64,000 bases of DNA from Squalus acanthias (taxonomy: Eukaryota). The notes beneath the pieces were generated by a model that was not told the origin of the DNA, made no database searches, and saw only the letters and a list, made by a program, of their open reading frames with translations. The first letter of the stretch is position 1, and each line of letters starts with the position of its first letter. The translations under genes and the position numbers were made by a program. The stretch covers positions 27,592,001 through 27,656,000 of the forward strand of contig CM059432.1 of assembly GCA_030390025.1 (NCBI GenBank), in the 5' to 3' direction. Shown piece after piece: positions 47,547 to 57,735 of the stretch.

Positions 47547-48255
47547 TGTGTATTTGCAATACCAAAGTTCTGATTGGTCCCCTTGGATGACAAGGCCAGA
47601 TTTCTGATTGGTCCCCTTGGAGGATACGACACACGCAGCTGTTTGTCTGGAATGTGTAATTAGATCCTGCCTGCCTGAGTAATCAAGTACTTTGTAATGT
47701 GTAATTTGATCCATCATTCTGACTGCCAGGCTCCAGAGCTTACAGTACTGCTTTCAGAGAACAGACAAGGCTCACACTAACAGGTTAGGACCTTCTCCCC
47801 CGCAACAAGTTCCTGACCTTCCCATCACCCCCTGAGTTCCTGACCTGTTCCTTCTTCAACAAGTTCCTGATCTTCTCCCCCACCTGCGTTCCTGACCTTC
47901 CCCACCCCCGAGTTCCTGACCCTCCCCAACAAGTTCCGACCTTCTCCCGCCACCACCCCCCACCCTCCAAATCACCCCATAGATAGGGCATTGTGTGTGG
48001 GTCACGGATTGTTAACAGGATTATTGGGTATGAAGTGAATAGTTACAGTGTCATGATTTTGGACTTCGTCCAGTCCAATGATGTCACTTGCCGCAAACAT
48101 GCTGGGCTTTCTGAGAAATCAACCAGGTGTAGGGGGGAGAAGAGGGAGAATGTGGTGTGGGCGTAAAGGGGTGGGGGTGAGGGTGTGGTTGGAAGAACGT
48201 GATCCACGTCTAACAGAGGGGGGAGAACATGATCCATCTTCCCATCTGGAATGCA

Positions 48256-48710
48256 GTGTCAGCTGTGGCTCAGTTGGTAGCACACTTGCCTCCTGAGTCA
48301 GAAGGTTGTGAGTTCAAGTCCCACTCCAGGGACTTGGAGCACATAAAGCTAGGCTGACACTCCAGTATAGTGCTGAAGGAGTGCTGCACTGTCGGAGGTG
48401 CCGTCTTTCGGATGAGACGTTAAACCGAGGCCCCATCTGCTCTCTCAGGTGGATGTAAAAGATCCCATGGCACTATTTCAAAGAAGAGCAGGGGAATTAT
48501 CCCCAGTTATCCCTCAACCAACATAACAAAAACAGATTATCTGGTCATTATCACATTGCTGTTTGTGGGAGCTTGCTGTGTGCAAATTGGCTGCCGCGTT
48601 TCTCACATTACAACAGTGACTCCACTTCAAAAGTACTTCATTGGCTGTAAAGTGCTTTGAGATGTCCGGTGGTCCAGAAAGGCGCTATATAAATGCAAGT
48701 CTTTCTTTCT
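48256..48710 (+). mobile_element. tRNA-derived SINE
   Basis: A and B boxes (tggctcagttgg, gagttcaagtccc); collinear with 24566-25044. Confidence 0.9.
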
Positions 48711-48841
48711 TCCCCTCTCTCCACCACCCCTCCCCTGTCGATCCACTCTAACCTCGCCACCAACCCGATTCCCTGACCTTCTCCGCACAGAGCCGAGGAA
48801 AACGTGGCGGTGCAGGCCACAGCCGCAGCACCATTGGGTAC

Positions 48842-48900
48842 TGCACATGCATGACCGGATCGAGTGCACATGCGCAGTACGAAACGGGCACGCATGCGCA
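48842..48900. promoter_or_regulatory. Cluster of three NRF1-like motifs
   Basis: tgcacatgcatg, tgcacatgcgca and cacgcatgcgca at 23-24-bp spacing in a locally CpG-rich patch. Confidence 0.4.
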
Positions 48901-49857
48901 GAGAGAGCCAAAAATGCGGTGCAAATAATCACTCCATTGTCCTAATCTCAGCACCAACAGTTCTAAATCACTCCCTGAGCTCAGACTCGATAAAGGAGAG
49001 TTTTGATAGAATTGTATAAATTACAGCACAGGAGGAGGCCATTCGGCCCTCGGTGTTGAAGCTCTCTCCTGTAACCCCATTTCCCCCCCCCCCACCAGAT
49101 CTTTTTTATATTCCTCCTTTTCAAATATATATCCCATTCCCATCGAACAGAAGTTTTAATCGCTACCTCAATAGCCTCATGTGGTGAAGGATCCCACGGT
49201 CAAAATGCCCTCAGTTCAAGAGCATTCCTCGTGCCTTCCCCCTTGTAAGTTCCAGTGAGAATCATTGGTTTTCATTCCCAAGTTCCCCATTCACCCAGCA
49301 GTGGAAACAATCTTTCACTATTTACCCACAGTCAAGTCCCCAGGTTCCACTTAACCCCTTACTGGCTTCTCCTCTCACAGTGCCGCTCCCACTCACCACC
49401 TTGCTGTTGCTGCTCCTGGCTATGCAGGAAATGCTGGTCCCCACGCCCACCTCATTTTCTCCCTTGCATGAGCCCCAATCCCCTGGCCCCCTAGTCACCT
49501 TCTCTCCCCCAATCTCCCATTCCCCATCTCTCCCCAAGCCCCCATTCTCTCTCCCCATCGAATCCCCATTCCCTAGTCTCCATATCTCCCCCCTAGCCCC
49601 CTATCCCCAGTCTGAATCACCACGATTCCCTATCTTTCCCCCCATGCCTCCATTCCCCAGTCTCCATCTCTCTCCCGAGCTCCAATTCCCCAGTCCATCT
49701 GTTCCCCGAGCCCCTATTTCCCTGTCCCAATTTACCCCAAGCCCCCATTCTCCAGTCTCCATCTTCCCCAAGCTCCCATTCCCCAATTTCCCTCTCCCCC
49801 CCCCCCCCCCGCCCCTCAATCCCCAGTTTCCATCTTACCCCCCAAATTCAGAGACAG

Positions 49858-50220
49858 AAAGAAAGAAAAGACTTGCATTTATGAAGCGCCTTCACCGGAC
49901 GTCTCAAAGCGCTTTACAGCCAATGAAGTACTTTTTGGAGTGTAGTCACTGTTGTAATGTAGGAAACATGGCAGCCAATTTGCGCACAGCAAGCTCCCAC
50001 AAACAGCAATGTGATAATGACCAGATAATCTGTTTTAGTGATGTTGATTGAGGGATAAATATTGGCCAGGACACCGGGGATAACTCCCCTGCTCTTCTTC
50101 AAAATAGTGCCATGGGATCTTTTACGTCCAGCTGAGAGAGCAGATGGGGCCTCGGTTTAACATCTCATCTGAAAGACGGCACCTCCGACGGTGCAGCACT
50201 CCCTCAGTACTGCACTAGAC
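49858..50220 (-). mobile_element. tRNA-derived SINE, 5'-truncated
   Basis: Reverse complement of the SINE body and tail. Confidence 0.88.
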
Positions 50221-50527
50221 CCTCAATTTCAAAGTCCCCTCTTATTTCAGAAAACCCCTTCATTTAAGAGCTCCCCTCCCCGATTCCTGACTCTCCATCC
50301 TCCTCTCGACTGCAATCCAGGAGGTCCCGGCTCTCTGTAGGGTGACCTAACGGAGTGGGGGTGGGGGTGGGGACGACGCACTGCGATGGGAAATTTAAAG
50401 CGATGACCGGCACATAAATAATCTCAATAATGTCCAATGATCTCCCGGGCTGCTAGAGGCAGCGTCCTGGAGACCAGTGCCCAATTACAGGAGACTCCTG
50501 GACATTCCGGGAGGGTTGGGAACCCTA

Positions 50528-50970
50528 GCTGTGGCTAAAGTGGTAGCCCTATCTCCTCCAAGTCAGAAGGACATGAGTTCAAGCCCCACTCCAGAGACTT
50601 GAGCACATAACCTAGGCCGACATTTTTGTGCAGTACTGAGGGAGTGCTGCACCATCAGAGATGCAATCTTTCTGATGAGGCGTTCAGCTGAGGCCCTCTC
50701 AGGTGAACGTAAAAGATCCCATGGCACTTTTCGAAGAAGAGCAGGGGAGTTCTCCCCAGTGTCTTAGCCTATATTTATCCCTCAAACAAAATAGGTCATG
50801 TGGTCATTTATCACATTGCTGTTTGTGGGAGCTTGCTGTGCGCATATTGGTTGCCATGTATTCTACATTACAACAGTGACTACACTTCAAAAGTACTGCA
50901 TTTGCTGTAAAGTGATTTGGGACATCCAGAGTCATAAAAGGCACTATATAAATGCAAGTCTTTCTTTCTA
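50528..50970 (+). mobile_element. tRNA-derived SINE whose first bases lie at about 46380-46391
   Basis: gtcagctgtggc | gctgtggctaaagtggtagc, compared with the intact head gtcagctgtggctcagttggtagc. Confidence 0.85.
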
Positions 50971-52074
50971 TAAATCCAGCAAGTGTCCATGCCAGTATGG
51001 GTGCATCTTAGGCACCCGCCAGAACAGGGAGGGGGTGCAAAATGCAGTACTGGGCAACTGCTCGGGGAACCAAATGGCACGACTGGGTGAAAATGCAAGA
51101 CTCAATGAAAACCAACCCTTTTTATAAGAGGACCAATTTTGTTGTGGCTGCCTGAAGTCTTCTGGGAAGATGGGGATGGATGGCGGGAGGCCGGGGGGTG
51201 TGGGGGGCAGTTCTTGGCAAGACCCCAGGATGGACACTTCTGAAAGCCTCACTTCTACTGTTTTATTGACCCAGACATTCAGGTCGCTCAGCACAAAGGA
51301 GACAGGAGCAGCAGGAATTTTGTGGGGTGGCGCTATCTTGCCGACGCCACCTCCTTCCTGACATCAGGCCAACATTGGGGCAGACAAAACTTTAGCTCGC
51401 ACCGCACCACCCCCATCGGGTGTTTCCTAATTAATGTCTTTGTGAAAGAGATGCAATGTTTTTGGGCTACCCGGATTCTAATCTCCACAAGCTCAGTCTT
51501 GCTGCCTTAATACCAGCACCCCGCCCCAAGCCTCGAGGAAATATGAGGCCGTAGTGTTTTCTGTACTGCACCAAAATTTGCATTCACTTCCTGAACAATA
51601 GGGATTATTCTCCAATTTCACAGCCATGGTAGGCAAGGCTTACCAACCAGTAGTATACGTTGGAAATTCATGTCATGATTTTGCAACCATTAACTTGAAT
51701 GGGTGGAAAATTACACCTTAATTAGCATTGCCCAATCACTTGTCCTTGCTGATCTCCACTGGCACTCTGTTCTCCATGCACCAAATCCAAGATCCTTAAT
51801 TTTGTTTACAATTCCATAATCTTGCCCACACTACCTCTGCAATCTCATCCAGCCACAATCCCAGCCTTTGGTCCTCCGACTCTGCCTCTTGTGTATTCAC
51901 CACCCCACCACCAACCCCCCTCCCCCCCCGCCCCCCCCCCCCCCCCGCCCCACCAACGCCCCTCCCCTGGCATTGCTTACTTGTCATGATGCGGAGATGC
52001 CGGTGTTGGACTGGGGTGGACAAAATTGAGAGGTCGCACAACACCAGGTTATAGTCCAACAGTTTTATTTGAAA

Positions 52075-52112
52075 TCACAAGCTTTCGGAGCTATCACTCC
52101 TTCCTCAGGTGA
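52075..52112 (-). ncRNA. Minimal hammerhead ribozyme, inverted copy
   Basis: Exact reverse complement of 53610-53647. Confidence 0.85.
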
Positions 52113-52687
52113 AGTAAATTGGATACAGAATCGCCAGAGCATATATAGATGGAAAAAAAAGCATGTGTACTTTACAATTGCAGACCAATAAATTAAATCA
52201 TCCTGACTATCTGCCGAGGTGTGATAAAGTTAATTAAGTCAGCCAGGAAGGTACCACATCAAAAGACATAGCAAGATACAACTGAGACAATGAGGTGTAG
52301 TCGCAGGGGTTCCAACGTGTCAAAAGCTGCCGTCTGTATGTAAAACGAAAAGCTTTAAAAAAAATTTACTTTTTTACTGGGAAAATTTTTACTTTTTTAC
52401 TGGGAATCACATCTGTGAACAAGCTAACGACGACTCGAGTCCGGATCACGTCATGTATCGTGACATAAACCCAAGATCCCGATTGAGACCGTCTTCATGA
52501 GTGCGGAACTTGGCTATCAGTTTCTGCTCGATGATTTTGCGTTGTCGTGTGTTTCTAAGGTTGCCTTGGAGAACGCTTACCCGCAGATCCGAGGCTGAAT
52601 GTCCTTGACTGCTGAAGTGTTCCCCGACTGGGAGGTAACAATCCTGCCTGGCGATTGTTGCGCGGTGCTCGTTCAACACTTCTCAGC

Positions 52688-53276
52688 TCTTCGCAGCCTT
52701 CAACATGTCATCGATGACGACAAACACCTCGCTAAGGCCATCCCCACGCCTCCACTACTTGCCTTCAAACAGCCGCCTAACCTCAGAAGTACCATCGTTC
52801 GCAGCAAATTACCCAGCTTTCAGGATAACAGCGACCACGACACCACACAACCCTGCCATGGCAAACTCTGCAAGACATGCCAGATCATCAACACAGATAC
52901 CACCATCACACGTGAGGACACTACCCACCAGGTACATGGTACATACTCATGTGACTCGGCCAACGTTGTCTACCTCATACGTTGCAGGAAAGAATGCACC
53001 GCGGCATGGTACATCGGCGAGACCATGCAGACACTGAGACAACGTATGAACGAGCACCGCGCAACAATCGCCAGGCAGGATTGTTACCTCCCAGTCGGGG
53101 AACACTTCAGCAGTCAAGGACATTCAGCCTCGGATCTGCGGGTAAGCGTTCTCCAAGGCAACCTTAGAAACACACGACAACGCAAAATCATCGAGCAGAA
53201 ACTGATAGCCAAGTTCCGCACTCATGAAGACGGTCTCAATCGGGATCTTGGGTTTATGTCACGATACATGACGTGA
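52688..53276 (+). pseudogene. Duplicated GIY-YIG-coding 3' part of the Penelope-like ORF
   Basis: Translation is identical to the C-terminus of the full ORF; it has no start codon of its own. Confidence 0.9.
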
Positions 53277-53609
53277 TCCGGACTCGAGTCGTCGTTAGCT
53301 TGTTCACAGATGTGATTCCCAGTAAAAAAGTAAAAATTTTTCCAGTAAAAAAGTAAATTTTTTTTAAAGCTTTTCGTTTTACATACAGACGGCAGCTTTT
53401 GACACGTTGGAACCCCTGCGACTACACCTCATTGTCTCAGTTGTATCTTGCTATGTCTTTTGATGTGGTACCTTCCTGGCTGACTTAATTAACTTTATCA
53501 CACCTCGGCAGATAGTCAGGATGATTTAATTTATTGGTCTGCAATTGTAAAGTACACATGCTTTTTTTTCCATCTATATATGCTCTGGCGATTCTGTATC
53601 CAATTTACT

Positions 53610-53647
53610 TCACCTGAGGAAGGAGTGATAGCTCCGAAAGCTTGTGA
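53610..53647 (+). ncRNA. Minimal type I hammerhead ribozyme upstream of the ORF
   Basis: tcac-CTGAGGA-a-ggagt(gata)gctcc-GAAA-gc-tt-gtga; palindromic stem III (AAGCTT); AATAAA at 53653-53658. Confidence 0.87.
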
Positions 53648-53734
53648 TTTCAAATAAAACTGTTGGACTATAACCTGGTGTTGTGCGACCTCTCAATTTT
53701 GTCCACCCCAGTCCAACACCGGCATCTCCGCATC

Positions 53735-56413
53735 ATGACCACTATCGACACCACAAACTGCCGGCTCAAAGTGGAGAGAATCGCCAAGAAGATCGCGCAT
53801 ATCGACACCGACATCAAGTATCTACAGAGATGCAAGAAAGCAGACAAGATCCCGAAAGGACTACAGATCACGAACCCACTCAAGTCGACATACAACACAG
53901 ACTACGCTGAGAGACTCTGCCGTCGTACCTCTCGCACACTCCTCAACCATCTCGTACACCAGCTCTACAGCAAACGCCACAACCTCGAAACCAAGATAGA
54001 GTCCATGCTCTCAGCCTGTGCTCAGGACACAGCAGACCAGTTACGAGACACCACCAAACAGACGAGGCAACGGAACTACGCTGCCTACATGCGCATCAAG
54101 AACAGGAAGCTTGAGAAACTCGGCATCACCACCAGCAGCAACCAAGCCTCCCCCGGTACCACGGCTGCAACCACAGGGAAGTCCATCGTCAACTTGTCCG
54201 ACCATACCCTTCAACCAGACGAAATCGAAGTTCTCGCCCTAGGGCTCAAGTACTGCCCAACCACCAAAATGGACCCCATCGGTCTCGCGGCAGACACGGA
54301 GGAATTCATCAGGAGAATGAGGCTCCGGGAATACTTCCACAAATCCCAAGATGTCAGCAACAAACCCAATGAGACAATCAATGATCCAGAACAGCAGACA
54401 GAGGGACTCGCAGTGCAGCAACCGAAGAAAAAAGAGTCAAACTGGACCCCTCCGGAGGGTCGCTGCCCCAAGCTTGACATGTATGCTCAAGCTGTCAGGA
54501 AATGCATCAACGCCAGATTCATCAGCCGCACTCACAAGACAGTCCAGAATGTCACCCGAGCACAACGCAACGCCATCCACGCTCTCAAGACCAACCGCAA
54601 CATTGTCATCAAACCAGCGGACAAAGGAGGAGCCATCGTCATACAGAACAGAACGGACTATTGTAAAGAAGCATACCGACAACTGGACAACCAGGAACAC
54701 TACAGACAGCTACCCGCAGATCCGACCAAAGAACACACCCGCCAACTCAATAGACTGATCAAGACCTTCGATCCAGACCTTCAAAACATCCTACGCGCTC
54801 TCATCCCACGTACTCCCCGCGTGGGAGACTTCTACTGCCTCCCAAAGATACACAAAGCCAACACACCCGGACGTCCTATCGTATCAGGCAATGGAACCCT
54901 GTGTGAGAACCTCTCTGGATACGTCGAGGGCATTCTGAAACCCATCGTACAGGGAACCCCCAGCTTCTGTCGCGACACTACAGACTTCTTACAGAAACTC
55001 AGCACCCACGGACCAGTTGAACCAGGAACACTCCTTGCCACGATGGACGTATCGGCACTCTACACCAGTATCCCCCACGATGACGGCATCGCTGCAACAG
55101 CCTCAGTACTCAACATCAACAACAGCCAATCTCCAGACGCCATCCTACAACTCATCCGCTTCATCCTTGACCACAATGTCTTCACCTTCGACAACCATTT
55201 TTTTACCCAAACACACGGAACAGCCATGGGGACCAAATTCGCACCCCAATACGCCAACATCTTCATGCACAAGTTCGAGCAAGACTTCTTCGCTGCACAG
55301 GACCTCCAGCCAACGCTGTACACCAGATACATCGACGACATTTTCTTCCTTTGGACCCATGGCGAAGGATCACTGAAAAGACTACACGATAACATAAACA
55401 AGTTCCATCCCACCATCAAACTCACCATGGACTACTCCTCAGAATCGGTCTCATTCCTGGACACACGAATCTCCATCAAAGACGGACACCTCAGCACTTC
55501 ACTCTACCGCAAGCCCACGGACAACCTCACGATGCTCCACTTCTCCAGCTTCCACCCTAACCATGTTAAAGAAGCCATCCCCTATGGACAAGCCCTGCGA
55601 ATACACAGGATCTGCTCAGACGAGGAGGAACGCGATGGACACCTACGGACGCTGAAAAACGCCCTCGTAAGAACGGGATATGACGCTCGACTCATCGATC
55701 GACAGTTCCGACGGGCCACAGCGAAAAATCGCATAGACCTCCTCAGAAGGCAAACACGGGACACAACCAACAGGGTACCCTACGTCGTCCAGTACTTCCC
55801 CGGAGCGGAGAAACTACGACATGTTCTTCGCAGCCTTCAACATGTCATCGATGACGACAAACACCTCGCTAAGGCCATCCCCACGCCTCCACTACTTGCC
55901 TTCAAACAGCCGCCTAACCTCAGAAGTACCATCGTTCGCAGCAAATTACCCAGCTTTCAGGATAACAGCGACCACGACACCACACAACCCTGCCATGGCA
56001 AACTCTGCAAGACATGCCAGATCATCAACACAGATACCACCATCACACGTGAGGACACTACCCACCAGGTACATGGTACATACTCATGTGACTCGGCCAA
56101 CGTTGTCTACCTCATACGTTGCAGGAAAGAATGCACCGCGGCATGGTACATCGGCGAGACCATGCAGACACTGAGACAACGTATGAACGAGCACCGCGCA
56201 ACAATCGCCAGGCAGGATTGTTACCTCCCAGTCGGGGAACACTTCAGCAGTCAAGGACATTCAGCCTCGGATCTGCGGGTAAGCGTTCTCCAAGGCAACC
56301 TTAGAAACACACGACAACGCAAAATCATCGAGCAGAAACTGATAGCCAAGTTCCGCACTCATGAAGACGGTCTCAATCGGGATCTTGGGTTTATGTCACG
56401 ATACATGACGTGA
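53735..56413 (+). CDS. Penelope-like RT + GIY-YIG endonuclease (892 aa from the first ATG), probably Neptune-type
   Basis: Uninterrupted frame with KPADKG, LPKIHK, TMDVSALYTSIPH, GTAMGTKFAP, RYIDDIF, a Cys-rich linker (PCHGKLCKTC...C) and VVYLIRCRKECTAAWYIGET...RMNEH...EHF. The 53663 start in the ORF track is a TTG. Confidence 0.96.
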   Translation: MTTIDTTNCRLKVERIAKKIAHIDTDIKYLQRCKKADKIPKGLQITNPLKSTYNTDYAERLCRRTSRTLLNHLVHQLYSKRHNLETKIESMLSACAQDTADQLRDTTKQTRQRNYAAYMRIKNRKLEKLGITTSSNQASPGTTAATTGKSIVNLSDHTLQPDEIEVLALGLKYCPTTKMDPIGLAADTEEFIRRMRLREYFHKSQDVSNKPNETINDPEQQTEGLAVQQPKKKESNWTPPEGRCPKLDMYAQAVRKCINARFISRTHKTVQNVTRAQRNAIHALKTNRNIVIKPADKGGAIVIQNRTDYCKEAYRQLDNQEHYRQLPADPTKEHTRQLNRLIKTFDPDLQNILRALIPRTPRVGDFYCLPKIHKANTPGRPIVSGNGTLCENLSGYVEGILKPIVQGTPSFCRDTTDFLQKLSTHGPVEPGTLLATMDVSALYTSIPHDDGIAATASVLNINNSQSPDAILQLIRFILDHNVFTFDNHFFTQTHGTAMGTKFAPQYANIFMHKFEQDFFAAQDLQPTLYTRYIDDIFFLWTHGEGSLKRLHDNINKFHPTIKLTMDYSSESVSFLDTRISIKDGHLSTSLYRKPTDNLTMLHFSSFHPNHVKEAIPYGQALRIHRICSDEEERDGHLRTLKNALVRTGYDARLIDRQFRRATAKNRIDLLRRQTRDTTNRVPYVVQYFPGAEKLRHVLRSLQHVIDDDKHLAKAIPTPPLLAFKQPPNLRSTIVRSKLPSFQDNSDHDTTQPCHGKLCKTCQIINTDTTITREDTTHQVHGTYSCDSANVVYLIRCRKECTAAWYIGETMQTLRQRMNEHRATIARQDCYLPVGEHFSSQGHSASDLRVSVLQGNLRNTRQRKIIEQKLIAKFRTHEDGLNRDLGFMSRYMT

Positions 56414-56746
56414 TCCGGACTCGAGTCGTCGTTAGCTTGTTCACAGATGTGATTCCCAGTAAAAAAGTAAAAATTTTCCCAGTAAAAAAGTAAATTTTTT
56501 TTAAAGCTTTTCGTTTTACATACAGACGGCAGCTTTTGACACGTTGGAACCCCTGCGACTACACCTCATTGTCTCAGTTGTATCTTGCTATGTCTTTTGA
56601 TGTGGTACCTTCCTGGCTGACTTAATTAACTTTATCACACCTCGGCAGATAGTCAGGATGATTTAATTTATTGGTCTGCAATTGTAAAGTACACATGCTT
56701 TTTTTTCCATCTATATATGCTCTGGCGATTCTGTATCCAATTTACT

Positions 56747-56784
56747 TCACCTGAGGAAGGAGTGATAGCTCCGAAAGCTTGTGA
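56747..56784 (+). ncRNA. Minimal hammerhead ribozyme in the 3' repeat
   Basis: Identical to 53610-53647, 3137 nt downstream. Confidence 0.87.
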
Positions 56785-57464
56785 TTTCAAATAAAACTGT
56801 TGGACTATAACCTGGTGTTGTGCGACCTCTCAATTGCTTACTTGTGGCAGAGCTTTAGTCATTTTGGTTCTACACTCCAGAACTTTCTCTCTCCACCTTT
56901 TTGCATTGCTCTGTAGCTTCTCCTCCATCACCTCCTTACCCTTCATCAAGTTCCTCTCCTCTATGAGGCCCACTTCCTAATTCCTTGATCCACTCCCTAG
57001 CCAACTACTGACTGTTCAATTTCCCTTTCTTGCCCCAATGCTCAATAACTGTTAACAGCTCCCATTGTACAGACATTGTTTCCCTCCCCTTCAAAATTGT
57101 CATCATCACCTCCTGTTCCTAAAGCCCACTCTCAACCCCTTTATCCTCTTCAACTACTGCTCCATTTTTAAACCCTTTTCTTTTCTAAGGTGCTTAATGC
57201 ATCGTCACCACCCAGCCCATGCAGCCTTTTCCACAATTCTGTGTGAATCCCTTCAGTATGACTTCCACCATGCCACAGCACTGTATCATTGGTGACTCTG
57301 ACCTTGGTACACCATCCCTCCTGAACTCTCAGCAATGTTTGTCACAGTTGATTCCTCAGCCTCATCCACCGCCTATCTGTGGCCCACCTCCACGAGACTA
57401 CCCTCACAATTCCACTCCTACTCACCCCTCAGCCTTCTAAATTCAAGGACGTACAAATTATGTT

Positions 57465-57735
57465 TAGTCCTCACAATTTAACCCTTTAAGCCCTGGTATC
57501 ATTCTGGTGAATCTGCACTGTAGCCCCTCCAAGGCCAATATATCTTTCCTGAGGTTCGGTGGCTTAAACTCAGTGCAGTACTCCAGATGGGGTCTGATCA
57601 AGGCTCTGTTCAAATGAAGCATCCTCACGTTTGTATTCCAGCCCCCTTGAGATAAAGGCCAACATTCCATTAGCTTTTTTGATTCCGTTTTGTAACTGCA
57701 CACTAGCTTTTAATGATTGCCTGAACTCCCAAGTC
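57465..57735 (-). mobile_element. CR1 LINE fragment
   Basis: RPHLEYCTEF...RFTRMIPGLKGL. Confidence 0.82.

Larger units (their letters stand above)
46392..50527. mobile_element. Segment bounded by hAT-type TIRs with an 8-bp TSD; no transposase
   Basis: tagggttgccaac / gttgggaacccta (12/13 match). TSD gctgtggc at 46384-46391 and 50528-50535. Removing the segment restores a SINE head. Confidence 0.8.
51983..56835 (+). mobile_element. Full-length Penelope-like retroelement, family A (inverted repeat + partial tandem + full unit)
   Basis: 52688-53698 = 55825-56835 (unit length 3137 bp). 51983-52675 is the reverse complement of 53047-53739. TSD attgcttacttgt at 51972-51984 and 56833-56845, with 2-3 bp of microhomology at the junctions. 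Confidence 0.96.

Noticed and set aside
47785..47980. ttcctgacc-type reiterations as a structured array
   Set aside because: Irregular low-complexity repeat with no consistent unit or spacer.
49380..50051. 223-aa Pro-rich ORF with a hydrophobic start
   Set aside because: C-rich low-complexity DNA running into an antisense SINE, with a non-ATG start.
51900..51970. Poly-C tracts (also at 13670, 17348, 19258 and 49796) as functional G-quadruplexes
   Set aside because: Homopolymer runs that mostly lie inside repeats and are prone to length error; no independent support.
52446..53276. ORFs 52599-53276 (+) and 52446-52679 (-) as stand-alone GIY-YIG nuclease genes
   Set aside because: They are by-products of the duplicated and inverted element ends; their starts lie in antisense or filler sequence.
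53663..53734. N-terminal 24 aa of the 916-aa ORF call
   Set aside because: The start is a TTG within the terminal repeat; the first ATG is at 53735.
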